From IMG/VR virus record IMGVR_UViG_3300042484_002006: a DNA stretch of 64,000 nucleotides. One strand, written 5' to 3'. Shown here one piece after another: positions 28,718 through 38,198 of the stretch. Under the pieces are notes generated by a model, which made no database searches, had not been told where the DNA came from, and saw only the letters and a program-made list of their open reading frames with translations. This DNA comes from a virus. Both the position numbers and the translations under genes were made by a program. Position 1 is the stretch's first letter. Every line of letters starts with the position of its first letter.

Positions 28718-30697
28718 CTAAAATATTTCAGCTTTCTGAATGTGCAATCCAGAAATGGTTTCGAAGCTTTGATTGTTATCATGTAGTTTTTGGAAAAGAT
28801 CTGCAACATTAGGTTTAATTTGGTTATAATAATACCCAGCATCCTGAGAATATTGTGACCAACAAGTTGAGCATAACTTATCAACAGATACGTCATAGAT
28901 AAAAACTTCGTTATTGTCATCCCAATCAATTCCAGTTGGATTTGTAACTAATGTTGGATGAGCATTAATGATGTCTGCAGTTGTACTTTTTGCAGTGAAT
29001 AAAAATGAAGGATGAGAAATTTTGAGAGAATCTAAATCAAGAAATGTGCTATTTTCAACACCACAAATACATAAATGAATAGATTCTTCAACAGTCTGTT
29101 CAGAATGGTTCCACTCAATTTTATTAGTTAAATCAATATTGAGAGGTACATCCATAAGCTTCATTCTTAAAGCGCATGTAGTGCAAAGAGGGCGCTGTAA
29201 TCCTTCTCCGTCGGTGCGATAATAAACAGAGAAAATTGAAGTAGCCAAATTGGGAACATTTGTATCACAGTTTGAGCACTTGCATGAATTATAAGGTATA
29301 CCTTCAGATACATAAATGTATTGATCGATACATTCAGTGCATCGATCTGGAGCAAAAGAACTATTAGAATGCCAAATGTTTAGATTTTCTTTATTGAATG
29401 CCATACCTGGATCGTAGATATGTAGATGATCACAGGTGGGGCAACTGATATGGTAAGGCCATTCAGGCAGATAATAATGACGAGCAAGAGTTTCATCGTA
29501 GTATAACTCTTCATGATCATCATCTATGTAATTTTTAATATGAGAAACATACGTATATGAATTAGAAACACATGTCGTACAAATTAATTCACCATTATAA
29601 ACTTCAATAACGTCACCTGGAGGATACCAAGATTCACATTGTTGGCACATATGAGTTTCTTCATCATCGTCTTCATCCTCTTCTTCATCTTCATCTTGAT
29701 TAGGAACGAATACAGCAGCTGCTTGAGACAAAGCTTCACGAACAGTTGTACTTGAATTGAAAGTATCAATAGTTGTATTATTTTCAGATGACGCATTATA
29801 TGATTGTTTAAACCATCTAAAAACAGAAGTAGGATCTAAAGTAAGATCATCTCTGGAGATAGCATTAATAGGCTTTGGAATAAGTGAATCTGTATAGTAT
29901 GCTTGGTAATTACCAAACAAGGCGTCAACGAAAGTAAGTGCTTGGCCACCAGCGTAATGCTGATCCTGATGATCAATGTCTTGGACTAAGATAGGAATCC
30001 ATACTTCAGGATCAAGAGTCCATTCATATCCATTCTTATCTGAATAATCTTCCCAATCTTGTGGATTAGTGAGATGCGCGGGCTTATTATTGTCACGATA
30101 AAAACGAGGACCATCGGTCTCACTCATATTGTTGTCATTGTAAGCTTCAGTTCCTGAACAACGATCAAGAATTTTAGCGAGCTTTTCATTGAATGGATAC
30201 TGAGAAATGTCTTCTGTATGATATAAACAAATCCAACCTACAGCATTTCCCCGATAGCCCTTGCAGTTAATGTTGGGAACATTAATATGATATAAAGGAG
30301 CTTGAGGATAGGTAATGGGAATAGGAGAATAGAATGTTCTAGCTCCTAGAATATTATCATTGAGAAGGTCAGCAATAACTATTCTATAAGGCTGAGCAAC
30401 ATAGTACTTCTTTGCTTCAGCATCTCTTTCATATCTACCCCAGTTAATGTAGTACATGCCAGGCTTATGCTGATAAGCAATCTGAGTATGATTACCAGCT
30501 GATCTAATGGCCAAAAGACCAGAACCATCTACTGGTAGTAAGCCGGTATCAAGATAAGCATTGGATGAAAACTTCGTATAGAAAGAAGTAAGATCTTTAT
30601 CAGTAACATGATCCAGGCCAAATGAATTAACAGTTGATCTAAATACTATATTTCCATTGCTATCTTGATCAGTAAAAGAATAGTTAACATTACTCAT
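28718..30697 (-). CDS. Prok-E2_D-like protein fused to multiple Zn fingers
   Basis: APLYHINVPNIN...GWICL; CQQC, CTTC, CPTC, CSNC, CTTC, CSTC. Confidence 0.7.
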   Translation of the reverse strand: MSNVNYSFTDQDSNGNIVFRSTVNSFGLDHVTDKDLTSFYTKFSSNAYLDTGLLPVDGSGLLAIRSAGNHTQIAYQHKPGMYYINWGRYERDAEAKKYYVAQPYRIVIADLLNDNILGARTFYSPIPITYPQAPLYHINVPNINCKGYRGNAVGWICLYHTEDISQYPFNEKLAKILDRCSGTEAYNDNNMSETDGPRFYRDNNKPAHLTNPQDWEDYSDKNGYEWTLDPEVWIPILVQDIDHQDQHYAGGQALTFVDALFGNYQAYYTDSLIPKPINAISRDDLTLDPTSVFRWFKQSYNASSENNTTIDTFNSSTTVREALSQAAAVFVPNQDEDEEEDEDDDEETHMCQQCESWYPPGDVIEVYNGELICTTCVSNSYTYVSHIKNYIDDDHEELYYDETLARHYYLPEWPYHISCPTCDHLHIYDPGMAFNKENLNIWHSNSSFAPDRCTECIDQYIYVSEGIPYNSCKCSNCDTNVPNLATSIFSVYYRTDGEGLQRPLCTTCALRMKLMDVPLNIDLTNKIEWNHSEQTVEESIHLCICGVENSTFLDLDSLKISHPSFLFTAKSTTADIINAHPTLVTNPTGIDWDDNNEVFIYDVSVDKLCSTCWSQYSQDAGYYYNQIKPNVADLFQKLHDNNQSFETISGLHIQKAEIF

Positions 30698-30718
30698 ATG
30701 TATAATCCCTTATTATAG

Positions 30719-31108
30719 TTAATCTGTAGTATTAAAAAGTTGTTCAATATCTTGGTCGATTTCTTGTGTGAAATCCCCAAAAGTCCAAGCAAACCAGTTT
30801 GGATCTTTTTGAACAGCTTCAATAACGGAAAGTTTAGATTGAGCTTCTTCATATACTTCGATAAGATCTGCCAATCGATCCATAGCTTTAGCTAGTTTTT
30901 TAAGATCAGATTTTTTAGGTTGAAGCATAAGTATATTTTTTAAGACTGGAAAACCATTAACATAAAATTTTTCAGAATCAGTAATATTAGAGATTCTTTC
31001 TTCAAGAGTAGAATATTCAGATTGAATATCGACCTTAGCTTTATTTGCAAGAGCAAATGAGAAATTAAAATTATTCATTTTTGAAGATGAATTTTCATGA
31101 TTAGTCAT
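30719..31108 (-). CDS. hypothetical protein
   Basis: co-oriented ORF. Confidence 0.65.
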   Translation of the reverse strand: MTNHENSSSKMNNFNFSFALANKAKVDIQSEYSTLEERISNITDSEKFYVNGFPVLKNILMLQPKKSDLKKLAKAMDRLADLIEVYEEAQSKLSVIEAVQKDPNWFAWTFGDFTQEIDQDIEQLFNTTD

Positions 31109-31332
31109 AACTTATTCTTTCTGTGTAGAGTTATGAATTCTTTTACTTCCAGTAAAGACCACCAAACAGTTGCTGATCCTACTGCTAATTTTGTAAGAAC
31201 TCTAGCAAGATAAGCTTCATCTAGAGAACCCATACCAGGTGAAAGACCTTGTATGTCTAAATAGTTATCTTCAAGAAAATTATTAATTTTTAACTGTAGT
31301 TCTTGTTTCCGGCTTGAATAATCCTTTTTCAT
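31105..31332 (-). CDS. hypothetical protein
   Basis: ATGA-coupled. Confidence 0.55.
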   Translation of the reverse strand: MKKDYSSRKQELQLKINNFLEDNYLDIQGLSPGMGSLDEAYLARVLTKLAVGSATVWWSLLEVKEFITLHRKNKL

Positions 31333-31503
31333 CTGTTAAAGATCCCCATATTTCGGTTGAGTTTAATTGGTCTTCAAATGTTTTCAAAATATATTCAATT
31401 TCAGTTTCTTGATTTGAATGTTCAATAACAGTATTTTCATTCTTTCGGAACTTATTGTTTTTAATTTTAGCAGTAAGTCCAGCAATAATAAATGGAAACA
31501 TAA

Positions 31504-31956
31504 TTAGATACATGAGTAAGTACTCCTCTTGGCTTTTCGGTATTTGGCACCATCGGATCCAAAATAATTTAGAACTGTTTCTGTAAATAACAAAAACAAT
31601 AACGGTGCGTAGGGCATAAAGTTAAAGATACCATTAAGTAAGATTAAGAATAATGTAGTAAGAAACCCAACAAATGGACCGTAGAAGGCAACATTCTTTT
31701 GGGCACGTGGTGCTAGCTTGGATATCCTAGTTAAACCTATAACAAAAAATGGTAAAGGTATAAATATAGGAAGCTTTGGTTTAGCGTTGTGTTTTTTAGC
31801 TACAAAATAATGACCTAATTCGTGAGCTAAAAGAACCATTAAAAATATAAATACTATAGAACTATGTATAATAGAATAGTTAACTGCAGCAACTGCTGCT
31901 AAACTAAAGATTGTATAAAATGATTGTGGAATCTTTTTAAAGAATTTATTTTTCAT
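31504..31956 (-). CDS. M50/site-2 protease-like membrane protein
   Basis: HELGH in a TM segment; VAFYGP. Confidence 0.7.
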   Translation of the reverse strand: MKNKFFKKIPQSFYTIFSLAAVAAVNYSIIHSSIVFIFLMVLLAHELGHYFVAKKHNAKPKLPIFIPLPFFVIGLTRISKLAPRAQKNVAFYGPFVGFLTTLFLILLNGIFNFMPYAPLLFLLFTETVLNYFGSDGAKYRKAKRSTYSCI

Positions 31957-32704
31957 TTGTTTTTCTATATACAACAGGAGTAGAAAACTCTTTGGCAAGT
32001 AGATCAGCTAAACTAGAGTTTGCTAACATGTTGTTAATGTTAGAAGTAATGTCTCTCATGAAATCTGAATAATAAATATCATGATCATCTTCATCTTGTA
32101 AGTCTGATGGATTAGCAAATAAAAATTCTCTAACAGGAAGATCTAATTTTTCTGCAAGTATTCTATAAGTTGCACGATCTAAAATAAGAGCGTGATTACA
32201 AATAGACATAGATGATGTAAAACAAGAGCGGACATAAAGATCATTAAAGTCTAAATTCAGAATGTCAATCAACGCTTTGCTGAATGTATCTGATATTTCA
32301 CCTTCAGCAAATATGTCATTGAACAAAGAAAGAAAAGTCATTCTTCTAGAGATGCGCATTTCTGTCTTGTAAAAAAGATTTAATAAAGAATAGTTTCCTT
32401 CAGTAACAGAGTCTAATGCTACGATCATGGACTTCATAGCAGCTTGGGGGATTACATCCTGCAAGAAATTATTAGTAGCTTCATGGAAACCTATAGCTAA
32501 TTTAACTTTACCGCCATCAAGAGAACCATTTGTAGAATCTTTAAAGTGAGACTGAATGTCTTTAAGTAAACGATATTCACGAGTGGAATAATCATTTGCA
32601 TTTAGAATATCATCAGAGTCATTTGAGGCGTAGGGAGTTTTAGTTTCTTGATCTGGATCATAATCAAATAGATCATTATCATTATCAGAAATATGACTAG
32701 ACAT
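31946..32704 (-). CDS. hypothetical protein
   Basis: 252-aa ORF. Confidence 0.75.
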   Translation of the reverse strand: MSSHISDNDNDLFDYDPDQETKTPYASNDSDDILNANDYSTREYRLLKDIQSHFKDSTNGSLDGGKVKLAIGFHEATNNFLQDVIPQAAMKSMIVALDSVTEGNYSLLNLFYKTEMRISRRMTFLSLFNDIFAEGEISDTFSKALIDILNLDFNDLYVRSCFTSSMSICNHALILDRATYRILAEKLDLPVREFLFANPSDLQDEDDHDIYYSDFMRDITSNINNMLANSSLADLLAKEFSTPVVYRKTNEK

Positions 32705-32706
32705 AA

Positions 32707-33183
32707 TTATATATCCTTATCGTTAGAAGAATCTGACTGTGTCTTTGATGATTCTTCTGTAGGTTCATAAATAATTTTAGAGTTATTTCTTTTGACATAA
32801 ATTTTAGTGGGAGCAATACCTCTACGACATAAATCATCAACAAAGATTTTAGTTTGTTCTCGAGTTAAAGATTCTAAATTATTGTGAAGTACATGTCTCA
32901 CATAACTCTGGCGCTGTTTAGCTGTACTACGAGCCCAGATGCCATCGTATTCTCGGAGCAGGGCTTCGTGCATGCAATCTACGATAACAGGACATCTTTC
33001 GCATAAAGAATAAATTCTTGTTGTTTCATCTATATTTGCTTTAGTGATAGCAATTGGAAAAAATGAATCTATTGATTCCCCTTTGCACGCTGCTTTTTCT
33101 CGCCATTGAGTATTAATAGGAATATTATTTTCTTCAGTCATTCGAAGGGATCCTTTAGGTTTAGGATATCTTGTAGTAGCCAC
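32707..33183 (-). CDS. whiB: WhiB-family transcription factor
   Basis: WREKAACKG, FFP, CERCPVIVDC, GIWA. Confidence 0.85.
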   Translation of the reverse strand: MATTRYPKPKGSLRMTEENNIPINTQWREKAACKGESIDSFFPIAITKANIDETTRIYSLCERCPVIVDCMHEALLREYDGIWARSTAKQRQSYVRHVLHNNLESLTREQTKIFVDDLCRRGIAPTKIYVKRNNSKIIYEPTEESSKTQSDSSNDKDI

Positions 33184-33191
33184 TGCTAACC

Positions 33192-33464
33192 TTATTTGTT
33201 TTTAATGTTATGAATAATATTGTAAGAAGACTCAACTGTTGTTAATAAATCTCCGCAGTTGTGCATGAACTCTTCAAGTAATCTGAGAGCTTTGTTAATA
33301 TTTTCTATGGATAATTCTTTATTATCCAACAAAGAGAAAACATCTTGTTGTAAGTTAGAAAACTTAACATAACTATCTTTTGATTGTAAAAATAAAGAAT
33401 TTATTTCACTAATAGAATTATTTAAATTCTGATATTCTTCATCAAAGTATTCAAGTGGATCCAT
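33192..33464 (-). CDS. hypothetical protein
   Basis: SD AAGGAG. Confidence 0.65.
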   Translation of the reverse strand: MDPLEYFDEEYQNLNNSISEINSLFLQSKDSYVKFSNLQQDVFSLLDNKELSIENINKALRLLEEFMHNCGDLLTTVESSYNIIHNIKNK

Positions 33465-33476
33465 GATTATTTCTCC

Positions 33477-33770
33477 TTAAACTTGACTATTGTAAGTAAT
33501 ATTGTACTTAGGTTTTTGACGAGCAATTATTCTTTTCTCTGCTCGAAGAGCTGATGTTCTAGAGGGATATTTTTTAATCCAATGTCTAGATACTTTATTC
33601 CACCATGACTGATTATTTGCATGATTCTTAAATCTAACTTTATAGTCAGTAGTTATACCGATATAAAGTAATTTATTATTTTGATCATATAACTTGTAAA
33701 GATAAGTTGGAATAAGAAAGATATCAAAGTCATCAATCTTGTCGTCATAATCAATAGATGAATAAGACAT
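33477..33770 (-). CDS. GIY-YIG nuclease-domain protein
   Basis: LYKLY..LLYIGIT..RF..H; AE; PKYN. Confidence 0.85.
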   Translation of the reverse strand: MSYSSIDYDDKIDDFDIFLIPTYLYKLYDQNNKLLYIGITTDYKVRFKNHANNQSWWNKVSRHWIKKYPSRTSALRAEKRIIARQKPKYNITYNSQV

Positions 33771-33775
33771 ATGTG

Positions 33776-33850
33776 TGGTACCCCCGCGGAGAATTGAACT
33801 CCGTTAAACACTTTATAAGAGTGTTGTCTTAACCAGTAGACGACGAGGGC
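33776..33850 (-). tRNA. trnI: tRNA-Ile(UAU)
   Basis: cloverleaf; anticodon loop CTTATAA; encoded CCA. Confidence 0.85.
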
Positions 33851-33859
33851 TAGAAGAGT

Positions 33860-34120
33860 TTAGATTTCTTCTAGCCCACGTATTCGATTGAATGTAATAG
33901 ATTGAACATCAGAGACTTCAATTCCCATCATAGTAGGAACTGAATTCGAGTCATAAGAAAACAAAAGATAAAAGGGTCCAACATGTTCAGGCCACTCTGC
34001 GTTATCTTGTGCGTAGTCAAGATTATCAAAAAAATGAGCTAATCCTTTTTGATCAAATAAAAATCCAGATCGATTCTTACCTAAGATCATAGGATCATCA
34101 TTAGCTAAATCAATAATCAT
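33860..34120 (-). CDS. hypothetical protein
   Basis: co-oriented ORF. Confidence 0.6.
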   Translation of the reverse strand: MIIDLANDDPMILGKNRSGFLFDQKGLAHFFDNLDYAQDNAEWPEHVGPFYLLFSYDSNSVPTMMGIEVSDVQSITFNRIRGLEEI

Positions 34121-34122
34121 TA

Positions 34123-34599
34123 TTATTCCTCGGGAAGAAAAGATCTAAGTGCGATCTCTTCAGACTTATGGGATTGGCTGGGACAAAGCTCTAGTATAGC
34201 AGCATTTACAATTGAAAAGTGCATACGAGCATCGTCGTTATCAATGGCGCCTTCATGGATTCTACTGATAACATCATCAGGTTGCATACCATCAATTAAT
34301 AAATCACACCACTGTTCACCGAATTCCATAATGACTTGATCAGAAACTGGTGGAGTTCCCTGATAAAAGAATTCAACAGTTTGAATATAAGTATTATTGA
34401 CTGTTCCAGAAAATGATGGAATAATTTGTGGATCAGTAATAACTACAGTAACATTGGTGGGGCGCATAGGTTTCAAGGTAGTAGTTGTATCACTTTGAGT
34501 AACTGCGCAACCAGTTAAAAGTATAATAGCTGCTATAAGAAAAAATAAAACAGCAACAGCATAAAGAACTTTATTTAAAATAGAATCAATCTTGTTCAC
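34123..34599 (-). CDS. DUF732-like lipoprotein
   Basis: lipobox LTGC; G..WC.LL..G...AAILELCP. Confidence 0.65.
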   Translation of the reverse strand: MNKIDSILNKVLYAVAVLFFLIAAIILLTGCAVTQSDTTTTLKPMRPTNVTVVITDPQIIPSFSGTVNNTYIQTVEFFYQGTPPVSDQVIMEFGEQWCDLLIDGMQPDDVISRIHEGAIDNDDARMHFSIVNAAILELCPSQSHKSEEIALRSFLPEE

Positions 34600-35050
34600 T
34601 GTAAACTTCCTTAGCTAAGTATTTTTTCATTTTGTGGATGGCAATAATGATGCTATCAATAATAGCACCTTCGGGTTCAGCTTCAACTTCTTCAATAGGT
34701 TTGCCCATAATCTGATATGAATTTAAAATATTTTCACCACTGAGATAAGTGAAAGAACGAACTCGCATTCTCTCAGGATGCTTAGATGGACGAGTGGGTT
34801 CTCCATATTCATCATATTCATATTCATTATAGGGAGCTGCCCATCCATGAACTACAAACATAGCTGCACCATGGTAGCCATGGACGACGAGCGTTGGGAT
34901 TAAATCATATGGATCCTGATAAGATTCTTCAATAGAATTCCATTGAGAAGAATCGTAATCCCAGAACCAAACGGAAGCGGGACTATCCCACCCATTTGTT
35001 TTGGTATATTCTGACAAAAAAGAATTAAAGATATCTAATAACGGATCCAT
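34586..35050 (-). CDS. hypothetical protein
   Basis: GWDSPA...HGWAAP. Confidence 0.7.
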   Translation of the reverse strand: MDPLLDIFNSFLSEYTKTNGWDSPASVWFWDYDSSQWNSIEESYQDPYDLIPTLVVHGYHGAAMFVVHGWAAPYNEYEYDEYGEPTRPSKHPERMRVRSFTYLSGENILNSYQIMGKPIEEVEAEPEGAIIDSIIIAIHKMKKYLAKEVYSEQD

Positions 35051-35054
35051 ATAA

Positions 35055-35276
35055 TTATCCTCTAGGGTGTTGAGCTTTAATGTCTATATTCAAAATTGAA
35101 TCATTGACAGGCATTAAGTTAGAGTCGCTATTGTGGAACAAGCATTTTTCAGCATCGATCACTGCATCAATTAAGGTATTGATTTGAATGTTTATTCCAG
35201 TAAGGGGCTGGTTTTGTTCTTGTTCATAGGATAAAATATCATAAGTATCTCTAGTGGTCATTGCAAAATCTCTCAT
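35055..35276 (-). CDS. hypothetical protein
   Basis: ATGA-coupled. Confidence 0.5.
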   Translation of the reverse strand: MRDFAMTTRDTYDILSYEQEQNQPLTGINIQINTLIDAVIDAEKCLFHNSDSNLMPVNDSILNIDIKAQHPRG

Positions 35277-35701
35277 TCATTAAATTTATATTCTTGTTCG
35301 GGACAGAAGTTAATGACGGCGGATGCTGTAACATTAATAAGGAGTTCTTCTACTGCAGCATCACCTTCAGATGATGAAACAATTGCGTTAAGGGCATCGT
35401 AGCCAGTCATGCCACTACGCAATCCTTCGCAAACTGCATAGCCAGTTTCAATTAGATCTTGGTCTTCAAGATAAATGGGGCCAGTGTTTTGGTTGTAGAT
35501 GTCTGCAATGAACTCGTCTTCGTCTGTCCATGTGACTGGCGGAGCATAAGTGTCGATTGGTGAGGTGGCAATTGGTGCGTCAGTTGTTTTGGTGACTTTG
35601 ACTGTTGTCTCAGGTGCTTCAGTGCTAGTGACGTATACGGTCTTGCTTCCGCAAGCAGTAAGTGTTAGTAGAATAGATGTGGCTATAATAATTTTTTTCA
35701 T
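35273..35701 (-). CDS. DUF732-like lipoprotein
   Basis: lipobox LTAC; Thr-rich linker; GYAVCEGL...AVINFCP. Confidence 0.75.
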   Translation of the reverse strand: MKKIIIATSILLTLTACGSKTVYVTSTEAPETTVKVTKTTDAPIATSPIDTYAPPVTWTDEDEFIADIYNQNTGPIYLEDQDLIETGYAVCEGLRSGMTGYDALNAIVSSSEGDAAVEELLINVTASAVINFCPEQEYKFNE

Positions 35702-35823
35702 TTTGTTTTATCCTTTCAAGATAAAAGTAGTAGTCGTGTTGGAGATATGGGTCCACTAACATTATACACGATTTACGTTGCCCCGGCATCTATGGTAGAG
35801 TACTGGATGTTAGCTACTACTAG

Positions 35824-35895
35824 AGCCGGATCTCAGGATTGAACTGAGGACCTACGCATTACAAGTGCGTTGCTCTACCACTGAGCTAATCCGGC
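35824..35895 (-). tRNA. trnT: tRNA-Thr(UGU)
   Basis: cloverleaf; loop CTTGTAA; no encoded CCA. Confidence 0.92.
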
Positions 35896-36127
35896 TAAGA
35901 ATTATTTGTCTTCATCTTTTGGTTGTTCAGTATCTTCTGGCTTTGGTTCTGGATCTTTAGGTTTAACAGGGTAGTCAACTTCGTGATTACCTTTAAAGAT
36001 TTTACGAAACTTAGCTAAAGACATTTTATCTCCTTAATAAAAAAGTGGATATTAATGCGATACGAATGGGATGTGTCCGTAGTTGATTTAACCATTCTTA
36101 TTTTTAGGGTTTCACATTAATATCCAG

Positions 36128-36201
36128 TGGGGCGTGAGGGACTTGAACCCCCGACCCAGGCATTATGAGTGCCTTGCTCTAACCAACTGAGCTAACGCCC
36201 C
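36128..36201 (-). tRNA. tRNA with CAU anticodon (Ile2/lysidine type, or elongator Met)
   Basis: cloverleaf; loop CTCATAA; lacks initiator features. Confidence 0.88.
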
Positions 36202-36297
36202 GTGTCGTCTCTCCGACTGTCACGTCTTAGTAGGGCCACTTCACTTGACGTTAGCTACTGCATGGAGGTCTCTTCCAAACCTACCTCTGCCCTAGTT

Positions 36298-36480
36298 CTA
36301 TGAATCTAAAAGATCATTTAAAGATTGTGATTCTTGATCAAATGTTTTGATATTAGATAGAAGATGTTGTCTTACATGTGGGGGCAATCTATTTAAAGCG
36401 TTGCTAATGTTTTGTAATATATCTTGAACTTCCGCAATGATATTTGCTTCTTCTTGGGTAAAATTAGAATCAGATGACAT
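36298..36480 (-). CDS. hypothetical protein
   Basis: SD AAGGAG. Confidence 0.55.
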   Translation of the reverse strand: MSSDSNFTQEEANIIAEVQDILQNISNALNRLPPHVRQHLLSNIKTFDQESQSLNDLLDS

Positions 36481-36543
36481 AATGCTCCTTATGAAAATGG
36501 TGTGGATTTCATATCTCTGTATGGAATTAATCCGAAAAATTTG

Positions 36544-36867
36544 TTAATCAAACAAAGCTAGTTGATCAACACTTAATCTATCTGGATGATCTAGTGGAAT
36601 ATACCACCAATCTTCAGGATTAGAGTATGGTGAAATAAGAACTTCGATTGAGTTCTTAACTTGAGCTGCATGACGATTGGTTCTATACCATTGTTCAACT
36701 TCTGTCATATTTTTAAATGGGCCAAAGAATACACGATCAGTAGCTCGTGTATGATGAAGGATAATATGATAATCAGGTTGTTTAATCTGAGGCTCTATGT
36801 TTATTTTTTTTAAGTTGTAAGCCTGAAGGCATATAAGTAAAAGTAATAATATAACAATATAAATCAT
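36544..36867 (-). CDS. membrane-anchored hypothetical protein
   Basis: N-terminal TM segment. Confidence 0.65.
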   Translation of the reverse strand: MIYIVILLLLLICLQAYNLKKINIEPQIKQPDYHIILHHTRATDRVFFGPFKNMTEVEQWYRTNRHAAQVKNSIEVLISPYSNPEDWWYIPLDHPDRLSVDQLALFD

Positions 36868-36902
36868 ATTTACTCCAATATAATATAGTGATAGCGGAAG
36901 GA

Positions 36903-37064
36903 CTAATATGATGGAGAAGTAAGTTCTTCATCCATCATAATATGCAATCTAATATCTAGAAGTAAGTCTGTCATTTCTGCGGTAGAGACAATCTCTCTAC
37001 CTGAAATTTCATTAAGAGCTTTATCGACTAAATCGGTAACAAGTTTAATAGTTTCTTTGTTCAT
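36903..37064 (-). CDS. hypothetical 53-aa protein (not in the ORF track)
   Basis: ATG shares its A with the tRNA-Lys CCA; MNKETIKLVTDLVDKAL... Confidence 0.5.
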   Translation of the reverse strand: MNKETIKLVTDLVDKALNEISGREIVSTAEMTDLLLDIRLHIMMDEELTSPSY

Positions 37065-37140
37065 GGTGCCTCCTCAGGGATTCGAACCCTGGACCAACGG
37101 ATTAAAAGTCCGCTGCTCTAACCAGCTGAGCTAAAGAGGC
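37064..37140 (-). tRNA. trnK: tRNA-Lys(UUU)
   Basis: cloverleaf; loop CTTTTAA; encoded CCA. Confidence 0.95.
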
Positions 37141-37190
37141 GGACGGATGACCCAGAGTCAGAAAGGGGTAAACACTCTGGGCCATCCTAG

Positions 37191-37276
37191 TGCCCAAGAT
37201 GGGACTTGAACCCATACTCCTTTGGTAAGGAAGGGGGGTTTAAGCCCCCCGCGTCTGCCTATTCCGCCACCTGGGC
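37191..37276 (-). tRNA. trnL: tRNA-Leu(UAA)
   Basis: cloverleaf with a long variable arm; loop CTTAAAC. Confidence 0.93.
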
Positions 37277-37290
37277 TTGATGGATAGATA

Positions 37291-37542
37291 TTAGATCATA
37301 TTGGAATTAGATTCCTCATATGAAAAGAGACTAGGATCTACAAGTATATTGACAATGCCTGTGTACCAGTCAATGAGATTGTCGATATCTTGTGACTCCA
37401 AAGTCTCAAACGAAGAAGAACTTTCTGTAGTGGAAATAGTATTTTCAGATTCAATGGACTGAACATACTTAAGTATAGATATGGTGTTCTGAATGTTGTT
37501 GATATCCTGAACATCGTTTCCGATAGCAATAGCTACTGACAT
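37291..37542 (-). CDS. hypothetical protein
   Basis: SD AAGGA. Confidence 0.55.
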   Translation of the reverse strand: MSVAIAIGNDVQDINNIQNTISILKYVQSIESENTISTTESSSSFETLESQDIDNLIDWYTGIVNILVDPSLFSYEESNSNMI

Positions 37543-37740
37543 ATTTTTATCCTTTAATTTGTTGTTATTTTATTTACCCCCTTTGCCATATTTTTGTTTC
37601 AACTATTATTTTTTAAGTGAGTTAATAATCTCATTTTTAAACAATCTAAACATAAGTTAGATTGAAATCTATTAGAAAAATATATTTCTTTGGACAGCAA
37701 ATCACAATCAGAACAGTTCTTCTTACGAGGTATGGATCTT

Positions 37741-38178
37741 TTAGGAATAGGATTTGATGTCATAAATTTTAATAATTTCTTCTACAATATGATATGGGAC
37801 TGAATGATCTTTTCCATCTATTTTATTAGTGACTAAATTAAGTGTACCAAAAATAAGAACGTCTCCAGTAATAGAATCAAAAGATTCTTTTCCATAATTA
37901 TTTCTATAACAATTTCTTAAATAGAATGTCATAGGATAATTAACATGTCGCTTAGACCACTGCATATACGGATCAACATAGATGTGAAACATATCTTTAA
38001 AAAATAAACATTTAGGTTTAAGATCCGGGAAAAATAATGCAATAGCATTAGCGGGTGTGTCAGTGACAATTTGAGGAGAACTATCTTTATTGGAAGATAG
38101 ATATAAAGCTTTAACAACCTCATTGGGTTGCAATGGATATCTTTTATAATATTCTGGAGTGATAACAGGATGAATCAT
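37741..38178 (-). CDS. hypothetical protein
   Basis: ITGDVLIFG pattern. Confidence 0.65.
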   Translation of the reverse strand: MIHPVITPEYYKRYPLQPNEVVKALYLSSNKDSSPQIVTDTPANAIALFFPDLKPKCLFFKDMFHIYVDPYMQWSKRHVNYPMTFYLRNCYRNNYGKESFDSITGDVLIFGTLNLVTNKIDGKDHSVPYHIVEEIIKIYDIKSYS

Positions 38179-38198
38179 GTAAGCTCCATTATATCAGA

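Noticed and set aside
33477-33770. Mobile homing endonuclease or intron
   Set aside because: Only a 97-aa catalytic domain, with no DNA-binding extension and no interrupted host gene.
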